Positions 15,956 to 24,000 of a stretch of 24,000 bases of DNA are shown one piece after another. Both the position numbers and the translations under genes were made by a program. Within the stretch, counting starts at the first letter, position 1. Every line of letters starts with the position of its first letter. The notes beneath the pieces were generated by a model, which saw only the letters and a program-made list of their open reading frames with translations, did no database searches and had not been told where the DNA came from. The DNA is from an uncultured Candidatus Scalindua sp. (lineage in GTDB: Bacteria > Planctomycetota > Brocadiia > Brocadiales > Scalinduaceae), in NCBI GenBank assembly GCA_964437425.1, contig CAYTGO010000004.1:45814-69813 (forward strand), written 5' to 3'.

Positions 15956-15993
15956 AGCCTTATTCCCTGCTCCCCCCCCACTCAAGCCTTATT
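15955..15993 (+). repeat. Direct repeat AAGCCTTATT x2 flanking a C8 homopolymer
   Basis: AAGCCTTATT occurs at 15955-15964 and 15984-15993. The C8 run is at 15972-15979. All lie in the 134-nt spacer between the receiver gene stop and the 16090 kinase start. Confidence 0.6.
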
Positions 15994-16089
15994 AGTTCAC
16001 ATTGTGGTGTAATTAATATGTTTGCTGTAAGTTGGAATTGATTGCATAAGCTTATAAATTATTCATGTTTGAATGATCCTGAACGTAAA

Positions 16090-18492
16090 ATGAATTACGA
16101 AAAAATGACAAAAGCCAAGTTGATATCCAGGCTCAGGCTACATGATAAAGAGTTTAAAGATACCTTCGGGCATGTTGCCGTTGGTATCGCCCACGTTGCA
16201 CTTAATGGCCAATTTCTCAGAATAAATAAACACTTTTGCAAAATTACAGGTTATTCAGAACAGGAAATACTTGAGAACACCTTCCACGATATTACTTATC
16301 CTGATGACATTGATGCGCAGTATGAAATCAGGAAGAAGGTCTTAGATGGAGAAAATTCCAGCTATACGATAGAAAAACGCTATATCAAGAAGGATGATTC
16401 TGTAATCTGGGTAAATTTAACAGTAACGCTTATACGTGAATCTTGTGGTAAGCCTATGCATTTTATCTCCATTATCGATGATGTCACTCAACGCAAAAAG
16501 GATGATGAAAAAATGCGCAAATTGTCTCATGCTACTGAACACAGTTCTGCTACGGTTATGATTACAGATATTGAAGGTAACATAGAGTATGCGAATCCAA
16601 AGTTTACCGAAATTACCGGTTACCGCCCTGAAGAAGTCATTGGCAAAAGCCCAAGCATCTTAAAATCAGGTAGAACACCACCTGAAACATACAATGAATT
16701 ATGGAGAGCCATTACATCAGGTAATGAATGGAGGGGTGAATTTTGTAACAAAAAAAAGAATGGTGAACTGTATCGGGAATCTGCATCCATTTCTCCAGTC
16801 AAAAATAACAAAAATATAGTAACCCATTTTGTAGCCGTTAAAGAAGATATTACCGAACGTTACAAAGCAAACAAACGTCTCCACGCTCAACATATTGTTG
16901 CACAAGTATTGGCAGAATCAAACACGCTTAAGGATGCTTCCAGCAAAATTCTACAAGCAATATGTACTGCGCTTGAATGGGACCTTGGTGAACTCTGGAT
17001 ATTTGATCAACAAGACGGTGTTTTACGAAATTCAGAAATCTGGCATATGCTATCTCTTAAGATCGCAGAATTTAAAGCTGCTACAAAACAGATAACTTTT
17101 CCGGCACAAGTTGGACTTCCGGGCCGAGTCTGGGAAAGTGCTAAACCATTATGGATAGAGGATGTTGTCCATGATACAAAGTTTGTCAGAGCATCCATTG
17201 CAGAAAAAGAGGGATTACATGGGGCCTTTGGTTTTCCTATTATCAGCGGTAGAGAAGTGCTTGGTGTTATCTGCTTCTTTAGCTATGAGATAAGACAGCC
17301 TGACAGAGATTTGCTTGATATGATGTCAGCTATCGGAAGCCGGATTGGCCTCTTTATCAAGCGCAAGCAGGCAGAGGAAGCTCTCGTTCAATCAGAGAAA
17401 TTGAAATCATTAGGCACAATTGCTGCCGGAGTTGCACACGATTTCAATAACATTCTTGGAGTTATCTCTGGCAAAGTACAATTAATTGAGTTGGAGTACG
17501 AAAGCAATAAACCGTTGACTGATGAACTGAGCACCATAATGAGAGCGACCGATGATGGTGCCAAAATAACCAGCAAGATGCTTAGATTTACCAAGACCAG
17601 TCGCGGCACTACAGAATTTGTGCCTTGTAATATTGGAGATCTGATAAATCAAACGATAGATTTTACAGAACCCAGATGGAAGAATATGGCTCAGGCCAGG
17701 GGAATAAACTATCATATTGACAAGGAAGGTATGAAAGAGATACCGGAAGTACTTTGTAGCCCTGCGGAGCTGCGAGAAGTGTTTATAAATTTAATTAGCA
17801 ATGCATTGAACGCTATGCCAGATGGTGGCATCCTAACATTCAGTACATGGAGTAGTGATGATACTGTGTTTATAAGTGTATCTGATTCTGGCACTGGAAT
17901 GACTGAAGACGTAAAGAAGAAGGTATTTGATCCTTTTTTTACGACAAGAAGGCCTGAAGGGACAGGATTGGGGATGAGCACTTCTTACGGCATAATAGAA
18001 GAACATGGCGGCAATATAAATGTCGAAAGCGAGGTAGGAAAAGGTACGACATTTACCCTGAGTATTCCTAATGAAAAGAATACTGTTCAGCGAACAGTAT
18101 TATCCGAATCCTCTCAGGAGATAAAGGCACAGGGACTACGTGTTCTGGTAGTAGATGATAACGAAGATATGCGCAATGTACTGGTCCAATCACTTTCCAG
18201 AATTGGCTATAATGTCAAGACTGTTGAGAATGGTACCGAAGCCATAGAACTATCAAAAAATGAAGAATTTGACATTGTGCTATGTGATCTGGTTATGCCT
18301 GATATCTATGGATATGATGTGGTAAAGGCATTGAACGAGTTAGAAAAAAGTCCAAAGATAGGCATAATAACCGGCTGGGGAAAAGAACTTAATCCACTTG
18401 AAAAAGAGGGTTTGAAAGTAGATTTTATAACAAAAAAACCATTTAAAATATCAGAGTTGACTAAACAGATAAATAGCGCGATTAATGAATAA
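16090..18492 (+). CDS. Hybrid sensor histidine kinase: PAS - PAS - GAF - HisKA - HATPase_c - REC
   Basis: H-box AAGVAHDFNNILG, N-box NLISNALNAM, G-boxes DSGTGM and GTGLGM. C-terminal receiver: VVDDNED, IVLCDLVMPDIYG, GIITGWG, TKKPF. Start is set at ATG 16090 because MNYEKMTKAKLISRL matches the N-terminus of the 14085 gene. The ORF track's TTG at 16042 adds 16 unrelated residues. Confidence 0.88.
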   Translation: MNYEKMTKAKLISRLRLHDKEFKDTFGHVAVGIAHVALNGQFLRINKHFCKITGYSEQEILENTFHDITYPDDIDAQYEIRKKVLDGENSSYTIEKRYIKKDDSVIWVNLTVTLIRESCGKPMHFISIIDDVTQRKKDDEKMRKLSHATEHSSATVMITDIEGNIEYANPKFTEITGYRPEEVIGKSPSILKSGRTPPETYNELWRAITSGNEWRGEFCNKKKNGELYRESASISPVKNNKNIVTHFVAVKEDITERYKANKRLHAQHIVAQVLAESNTLKDASSKILQAICTALEWDLGELWIFDQQDGVLRNSEIWHMLSLKIAEFKAATKQITFPAQVGLPGRVWESAKPLWIEDVVHDTKFVRASIAEKEGLHGAFGFPIISGREVLGVICFFSYEIRQPDRDLLDMMSAIGSRIGLFIKRKQAEEALVQSEKLKSLGTIAAGVAHDFNNILGVISGKVQLIELEYESNKPLTDELSTIMRATDDGAKITSKMLRFTKTSRGTTEFVPCNIGDLINQTIDFTEPRWKNMAQARGINYHIDKEGMKEIPEVLCSPAELREVFINLISNALNAMPDGGILTFSTWSSDDTVFISVSDSGTGMTEDVKKKVFDPFFTTRRPEGTGLGMSTSYGIIEEHGGNINVESEVGKGTTFTLSIPNEKNTVQRTVLSESSQEIKAQGLRVLVVDDNEDMRNVLVQSLSRIGYNVKTVENGTEAIELSKNEEFDIVLCDLVMPDIYGYDVVKALNELEKSPKIGIITGWGKELNPLEKEGLKVDFITKKPFKISELTKQINSAINE

Positions 18493-20077
18493 AATATCAA
18501 TGGATAGCAAAGAAAATTTAGAGATGTGCACACCGATCCGTGTATTGATGATTGAAGATTCAGAAGATGATGCTGCATTGATAATGCGTGAACTAAAGCG
18601 TAATGGTTGCGAAGTGATGTCAGAACGAGTTGATACACAAAAGGCAATGATAGATGCTTTGGATAGACAGGAATGGGATGTCATTGTCGCAGATTATTCT
18701 ATACCACAATTCGATGCTCTTAAAGCTTTTAAATTGATTCAGGAAAAGAACGAAAATCTGCCGTTAATCCTTGTTTCAGGCACCATAGGGGAAGATATTG
18801 CAGTTGAAGCTATGAAAGTTGGTGTACATGATTATATCATGAAAGACAACCTGGATAGACTTGGCCATGCGGTTGAGCGTGCATTGCAAGAGGCTCAAAG
18901 GCGGCACCATATCAAGCGAGTAGAGGTGCAGCTAAAAAAACTGTCTCGTGCAGTTGAGCATAGCCCCAGCTCGATTGTAGTTACCGACAGAAGCGGGAAA
19001 ATTGAATATGTAAATCCCAAGTTTACCATGATTACCGGTTACATGGCAGAAGAAGTGATTGGACAGAACCCTCGTATTATGCAATCTGGCGAACAGTCGG
19101 TTGAGTTATATAAAGAACTATGGGATACGATTATGTCCGGCAAAGAGTGGAGTGGAGAGCTTTGCAACAAGAAGAAAAATGGAGAACTCTATTGGGAATC
19201 GGTTTCCATCTCACCAGTTAATAATGAGGACGGTAGAGTGGCAAATTATGTTGCAGTTAAGGAAGACATTACCGAGCGCAAAAAGATGGAAGAGGTAATC
19301 CGTAGGCATAATGAAGAGCTGGAAATACTGGTTGATGAGCGCACCGCTCGTGTAATGGAATTGGAACGGCAACGAGTGGAGAATGAGAAGCTGGCTGTTG
19401 CAGGTCGCATGGCTGCTCAAGTAGCACATGAGATCAATAATCCGCTGTCAGGTATCAAAGGTGGTTTTACACTAATTAAAGATGCCATTCCGGAAGACTA
19501 CAAGTATTACGAATACGTAGGTATGGTAGAGGGAGAGATAGATCGTATCGCCCGCATCGTAAAACAGATGTTTGACCTGTGTCGCCCATACCAGGGAGGA
19601 ATCAGTGAATTTGACCCGGTTGTACCAATTCGTGATGTAGTAAATATGCTTAATAAAATCAGCAATGAGCGCTGTGTCACCATAAACATCGATGGTTTCG
19701 ACAACACGGTAAAAGTAACCATGTCTAAGGATCACTTCAAACAGATTTTGTTTAATATAATTAAAAATGCCATAGAGGCTTCTCTAGACAGTAGTGAGAT
19801 CAACATCGTCAATATAAGGAATCAAAATAACCGGTTGATCATTATGATTTCAGATCAAGGTGAGGGGATATCTGACGAGTTGCAATCGAAAATTTTTGAA
19901 CCCTTCTTTACAACAAAAGACAAGTATTCCGATAGTGGATTAGGACTCGGGCTTTCAACTACAAAAGGCATTGTGGAAGCAATGGGAGGCTCCCTTGACT
20001 TTACAAGCGAAAAAGGCAAGGGAACAACTTTTACAATAGAACTGCCAGCCAACGTAGTAAGAGAGGAAAGTATTTAA
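18485..20077 (+). CDS. Sensor histidine kinase: REC - PAS - HisKA - HATPase_c
   Basis: N-terminal receiver: MIEDSEDD, VIVADYSIPQFD, LILVSGT, YIMKD. The PAS domain is paralogous to PAS2 of the upstream kinase. H-box AAQVAHEINNPLS, N-box NIIKNAIEA, G-boxes DQGEGI and GLGLGL. The ATG at 18485 overlaps the upstream stop by 8 nt; the ATG at 18500 is an alternative start. Confidence 0.88.
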   Translation: MNKISMDSKENLEMCTPIRVLMIEDSEDDAALIMRELKRNGCEVMSERVDTQKAMIDALDRQEWDVIVADYSIPQFDALKAFKLIQEKNENLPLILVSGTIGEDIAVEAMKVGVHDYIMKDNLDRLGHAVERALQEAQRRHHIKRVEVQLKKLSRAVEHSPSSIVVTDRSGKIEYVNPKFTMITGYMAEEVIGQNPRIMQSGEQSVELYKELWDTIMSGKEWSGELCNKKKNGELYWESVSISPVNNEDGRVANYVAVKEDITERKKMEEVIRRHNEELEILVDERTARVMELERQRVENEKLAVAGRMAAQVAHEINNPLSGIKGGFTLIKDAIPEDYKYYEYVGMVEGEIDRIARIVKQMFDLCRPYQGGISEFDPVVPIRDVVNMLNKISNERCVTINIDGFDNTVKVTMSKDHFKQILFNIIKNAIEASLDSSEINIVNIRNQNNRLIIMISDQGEGISDELQSKIFEPFFTTKDKYSDSGLGLGLSTTKGIVEAMGGSLDFTSEKGKGTTFTIELPANVVREESI

Positions 20078-20327
20078 TCCTTCAAAGTTTTTAAAACAAA
20101 TTTTAAATCTTCATTTCACAAAGTCAAAAAAAGTAAAGAGATGTTTTGCCTACTTTTAAAATCTGTAAATCATGAATAAAAATAAAACGACATCAATTTA
20201 ATGAAGATCTACATTAATGTTGGTAGTTATGTTTTTTTGCGAGGGAAACCTGATAATTCATTATGAATAACATAGTTGAATAAGGATTTGATAGTCTTAT
20301 AAGTATGATGTAACAGGACATTAACAT

Positions 20328-21953
20328 ATGAAAGTATTAATTGCGGAAGACGAGAAAATATCACGTCTCAGATTGGAAAAGCTTTTAGTAGAGATGGATT
20401 TTGAAGTTGTTTCGTGTAAGGATGGTGTTGAAGCCTGGGACGCCATCCGATCTGAAAACACACCGAGCATTCTAATCCTTGATTGGATGATGCCGGGCAT
20501 GGATGGTATTGAGATATGTCGTAATGTTAGAATGCAGACTAAGGAAGCGTATACATTTATCCTGTTACTCACATCGAAAGGAAGACAGGAGGATTATGTA
20601 AAAGGAATGGAGGCTGGAGCGGACGACTATATTACCAAACCGTTCAATCATATTGAACTAAAGGCTCGCTTGAGAGTAGGAAAGCGTATTATTGAATTGA
20701 ATGAAGAGCTTTTGTCTGTACGTGACAGTTTGCAAAAACAGGCAAACCATGACAAACTGACAGGTTTGTTTAATCGCCACTATATGTCAGAAATCCTTGA
20801 CAGGGAATTTTCTCGTTCACTGAGATATAAAACCGATTTATCCTGTCTTCTGCTTGATCTAGATTATTTCAAAGAAATAAATGATACTTTTGGACATTCC
20901 TTTGGTGACATGGTATTACGTGAGTTTTCTGCTTGTTTAAAGAAAAACGCAAGAAAATCAGATTTTTCTTTTCGATATGGTGGAGAGGAATTCATGTTAC
21001 TTCTCCCAAATACCGGTATTACCGGAGCACAAAATGTAGCAGAGACAATTCGTGCTGCATGTGATAAAAAGCTATATGCTTATGATACTCAAGCAACAAA
21101 TGTAACCGTAAGCATAGGAATTGTATCTGTAAAACAGCATCAACTATTGGAGAGTAAAGAGATTCTGGCACTTGCAGACAAAGCTCTTTACCGGTCTAAG
21201 GCAGAAGGAAGAAACAGGGTTACTGTTTACATGAAAGATCCTTCCGAACAGTCTACAGGCGAGAAAACCAGCAAAGGCAATAACTTCAGATATCTGAAGG
21301 AAAAACTTTCATTAATTTTAGAAAAAACAAAGAAATCATCTATAGAATCTTTAAAGCTATTAGCTCGTGATATGGATGGTGATGAGCACAAGCAACGTAA
21401 TCACGATTTAAATAGATACATTAGACTCTTTGGTGAGAATCTTGCCATTCCACCTACTATTATTGAAACTGTTAATCGTGCGGCAAATTTTCATGACAAC
21501 TTTAAAATTCTAATGGGAAAAACATTTATTGATAGAGACACAGTGTTAAGCAGAAATGAAACAAATGAGATTAAAGCCCATCCGTATATGTTATCTGAAC
21601 TAACCGAATTGTTCGATTTTTTTACCAATGAAAGATCGATACTTATGTATCACCACGAAAACTTTGATGGAACCGGTTATCCAGGTGGGCTTAAGGAAAA
21701 TGAGATTCCTCTTGGAGCTAGAATATTTGCTATAACAGATGCGATTACGGCTATGTTATCTGAACGGGGATACAGGCCAAAACTATCTCCAGAGGAAATG
21801 GTCAAAGAACTTGCTGATAAGGCAGGTACACAGTTTGACCCAATGCTGGTTTCTCTGTTTTTTGATATTATTGAAAAACAAAAACTATTTCCTATACCAG
21901 TAGAGGTTTTAGAAAAAGCACGTGAAAAAGTTGTGGTTCGTAAAAACTCATAA
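20328..21953 (+). CDS. Response regulator with c-di-GMP turnover output: REC - GGDEF - HD-GYP
   Basis: Receiver: IAEDEK, ILILDWMMPGMDG, LLLTSKG, YITKPF. GGDEF domain has GGEEF (20979-20993) and an RxxD I-site RKSD (20952-20963) five residues upstream. The C-terminal HD-GYP domain has FHDNFK, HHENFDGTGYP (21651-21683) and ITDAITAMLSERGYR. Confidence 0.9.
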   Translation: MKVLIAEDEKISRLRLEKLLVEMDFEVVSCKDGVEAWDAIRSENTPSILILDWMMPGMDGIEICRNVRMQTKEAYTFILLLTSKGRQEDYVKGMEAGADDYITKPFNHIELKARLRVGKRIIELNEELLSVRDSLQKQANHDKLTGLFNRHYMSEILDREFSRSLRYKTDLSCLLLDLDYFKEINDTFGHSFGDMVLREFSACLKKNARKSDFSFRYGGEEFMLLLPNTGITGAQNVAETIRAACDKKLYAYDTQATNVTVSIGIVSVKQHQLLESKEILALADKALYRSKAEGRNRVTVYMKDPSEQSTGEKTSKGNNFRYLKEKLSLILEKTKKSSIESLKLLARDMDGDEHKQRNHDLNRYIRLFGENLAIPPTIIETVNRAANFHDNFKILMGKTFIDRDTVLSRNETNEIKAHPYMLSELTELFDFFTNERSILMYHHENFDGTGYPGGLKENEIPLGARIFAITDAITAMLSERGYRPKLSPEEMVKELADKAGTQFDPMLVSLFFDIIEKQKLFPIPVEVLEKAREKVVVRKNS

Positions 21954-22076
21954 GCATTAACCCCATTAGACTAAACAGATAAATGAAGCGCTTGCCAGGT
22001 AAGGTAAAAAGCAAAACAGAGATATCCACTCTTTCAGGTTAGGATATTTGGTGTCTCTGCTATAACTGTAGGTTTG

Positions 22077-23018
22077 TTAATATCCGGACTTCTTCTCTCC
22101 TTTAACAACCAGTGTTGTCATGATTTGAGTCATTTTTTCATTGCTGGTTCCAATGTATTGAACCCTGCCTTGTTGGTCCACTATAAATGTTATGGGTATA
22201 TTCCGTACATCATACAACTTGGACATCATACCCTTGTAACGCATCCCTTCAAATATTTGAGGCCACTCTATATTCTTTTGCAGTACAATTCCTTTTAAAT
22301 CATCAAGATTATCATCACGACTGATTCCAATAAATTGAACATCAGGGCCTTTGAATTTTCTGTACAACTGTTTTATTTCAGGAAGTTTTTCAAGGCAACG
22401 ATCATTCCATGTTGCCCAGAAGTGCATAACTATGATTTTGCCTTCAAAATCTGACAGGCATATTGGATTTCCTTTAGAGTCTTCAGTATGAAAATCCGGT
22501 GCATGCATTCCCAGCCCCATTGAACCTCCCAACTCTTTTCCGAAGACGTTTGCCGCACCTGGCTCAATAACTCTTAAATCAGCTATGACATTTTTCGCCT
22601 CATCAATATTACCAATTCCTATAAGAGCTTGTGCCTTAAAATATAGTAGCCTCGCCTTGAAATTTATATCGATTTCATTCTGAAACTGCAATACATCATC
22701 AAAATAGGCAATGGCCTCATTGAAGCTACCCAGTATGTTATTGGTAGCACCAATGTAGAAGGCCGCTTCCAGCGCCTCCTCTGTTCCGGCAAACATATCG
22801 ATTATCATTTGAAGTTCGTTCAGAGCTTCTTCATAAAACTTTCTGGCATCATTCGGGCTCATCTTTGAGTAGACGCCGAGGTTCTTTCTAATTGTGCTCA
22901 ATTCTGCTGCCGCGTCTGCGTCCTGTCTCAATGCTCCCATGGCACTATTGTTAAACGTCAGCCCAAGTGACACAAACAAAATTACAACTATTGGAATCAA
23001 AAAAATCTCTCTTTTCAT
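22077..23018 (-). CDS. Secreted TPR-repeat protein fused to a TlpA/ResA-like thioredoxin-fold domain with an atypical NxxC motif
   Basis: Signal-peptide-like N-terminus MKREIFLIPIVVILFVSLGLTFNNSAMG. TPR-like helical repeats follow (FYEEALNELQ..., AAFYIGATNNILGSFNEAIAYFDDVL, LLYFKAQALIGIGNIDEAKNV). The thioredoxin-fold segment GKIIVMHFWATWNDRCLEKLPEIKQLY has WNDRC encoded at 22395-22409 (minus strand). Confidence 0.8.
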   Translation of the reverse strand: MKREIFLIPIVVILFVSLGLTFNNSAMGALRQDADAAAELSTIRKNLGVYSKMSPNDARKFYEEALNELQMIIDMFAGTEEALEAAFYIGATNNILGSFNEAIAYFDDVLQFQNEIDINFKARLLYFKAQALIGIGNIDEAKNVIADLRVIEPGAANVFGKELGGSMGLGMHAPDFHTEDSKGNPICLSDFEGKIIVMHFWATWNDRCLEKLPEIKQLYRKFKGPDVQFIGISRDDNLDDLKGIVLQKNIEWPQIFEGMRYKGMMSKLYDVRNIPITFIVDQQGRVQYIGTSNEKMTQIMTTLVVKGEKKSGY

Positions 23019-23198
23019 GGATATCTTCCTTTATGTAATGAATTTATAACAATCATTTTGAAGTGATATATTTAAACATACTATTTCACATAAGAAAAGT
23101 ATATTTTAGCTTTACGGTATTCAGACACGAATTGACACAGATAGATGCCCAGCCTCTCTTTCGAGAGAATTTCAGGATTATTCTTTGGCAAGCCCTGT

Positions 23199-23975
23199 CT
23201 AATTACAAAATAACTCTTTTATCTTTTGGGAAATGTCTCTGCTACGCATTAACGTCTCACCTATCAGGATTGCATCAACACCGGCTTCCTCAAGAACAAT
23301 GACATCCGCCCTTGTTTTTATCCCGCTTTCACTAACTATTATCTTGCCTTCAGGGATCCGGTGACGGAGTTGAAGCGTGGTTTCTAGATTGGTCTCGAAT
23401 GTGTCAAGATTCCTATTGTTAACGCCTATAATTGCAGCTTCTGTTTCCAATACCGTTTCCAGTTCGTCATTATCATGAACCTCAACCAGGCATTCCATCC
23501 CAAGTTCGTGAGAAAGCGCAAGAAATGCATTAATCTCTTCTTTATTAAGAATCCTTGCGATCAATAACACCAGATCAGCGCCGGCAGCTCTAGCCTCATA
23601 TATCTGGTACGGATCAATAATAAAATCTTTCCTCAGAGCAGGCAGACTGACCGTTTCTTTAATCTCAGAGAGATACTTTAGGTCTCCTTTGAAAAATTCC
23701 TTGTCAGTCAGAACGGAGACTACAGATGCTCCGCCAGCCTCATATTCCTTTGCTATGTCAATGTAGTTGAAGTCTTCCCTGATTATGCCGGCAGAAGGCG
23801 ATGCCTTTTTAACCTCAGCGATAAACTTGATCCTATTATCTCTTTTCAATACCGTACCGGACTTTATTGCACCAGGAACATCTTTACATCTGTCTTTCAA
23901 AGATTCTATTGAAACAAGCCTTTTACTCTCAGCCACCTCTTTTAGTTTGTATGCATGAATTTTATCTAATATCAT
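23199..23975 (-). CDS. trpC: Indole-3-glycerol-phosphate synthase
   Basis: Strong family signature: FIAEVKKASPSAGIIRED, SVLTDKEFFKG, LRKDFIIDPYQIYEARAAGAD, GVNNRNLDTFE, VSESGI, ILIGETLMR. Confidence 0.95.
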   Translation of the reverse strand: MILDKIHAYKLKEVAESKRLVSIESLKDRCKDVPGAIKSGTVLKRDNRIKFIAEVKKASPSAGIIREDFNYIDIAKEYEAGGASVVSVLTDKEFFKGDLKYLSEIKETVSLPALRKDFIIDPYQIYEARAAGADLVLLIARILNKEEINAFLALSHELGMECLVEVHDNDELETVLETEAAIIGVNNRNLDTFETNLETTLQLRHRIPEGKIIVSESGIKTRADVIVLEEAGVDAILIGETLMRSRDISQKIKELFCN

Positions 23976-24000
23976 GATTCTTTGCCCAAAATTAGAATTT

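Noticed and set aside
16042-16089. TTG-initiated 16-codon N-terminal extension of the hybrid kinase (ORF track start)
   Set aside because: The ATG at 16090 begins a 16-residue cap that is nearly identical to the N-terminus of the 14085 gene. The extension (MHKLINYSCLNDPERK) has no counterpart there.
22017-22059. Imperfect inverted repeat CAGAGATATCC...GGATAT...TCTCTG between the convergent 21953 (+) and 22077 (-) gene ends, as a possible bidirectional terminator
   Set aside because: The stem is interrupted by a 6-nt bulge, the loop is about 14 nt, and there is no flanking T or A tract. This is too weak to call.
1-24000. Whole window as a mobile element, genomic island, prophage or CRISPR locus
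   Set aside because: I found no integrase, transposase, terminal inverted repeats, tRNA attachment site, phage structural genes or spaced direct-repeat array. Housekeeping genes (trpC, tldD/pmbA, dinG) flank the signalling cluster.

Overview
AT-rich (roughly 40% GC by eye), chromosomal-looking bacterial window with 19 credible protein-coding genes. I see no rRNA, tRNA, CRISPR array, transposase, integrase or phage genes, and I cannot assign a taxon from the sequence alone.

Left third (0.1-9.6 kb):
- a small secreted coiled-coil protein;
- a minus-strand operon of a membrane-anchored c-type-heme DUF3365/Tll0287-like protein, TldD and a PmbA-like paralog;
- a CPBP intramembrane protease;
- a DinG/XPD-type Fe-S helicase;
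- a single-subunit ferredoxin:thioredoxin-reductase-catalytic-like protein;
- a GNAT acetyltransferase.

Centre (9.7-22.0 kb): eight consecutive co-directional signal-transduction genes. Together they carry 3 histidine-kinase transmitter modules, 7 receiver domains (one degenerate), about 8 PAS domains and 2 GAF domains. The outputs are two LuxR/GerE-type HTH domains and one GGDEF + HD-GYP c-di-GMP module.

Right end: a secreted TPR + thioredoxin-fold protein with an NxxC motif in place of CxxC, and trpC.

I cannot point to a defined new system such as a defence island or a biosynthetic cluster. The best candidate is a mosaic regulator pair. A REC-LuxR gene and a PAS-LuxR gene share a recently duplicated zipper + HTH output module of about 150 aa. 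The duplication runs past the stop codons into a conserved 46-nt palindrome-rich box that sits on -35-like hexamers of the next transcription units. A related 10-mer, AAGCC[A/T]TATT, recurs in the next intergenic region, where it flanks a C8 tract.

Functional statements rest on hand-read motifs and recollection of protein families. No database search was possible.
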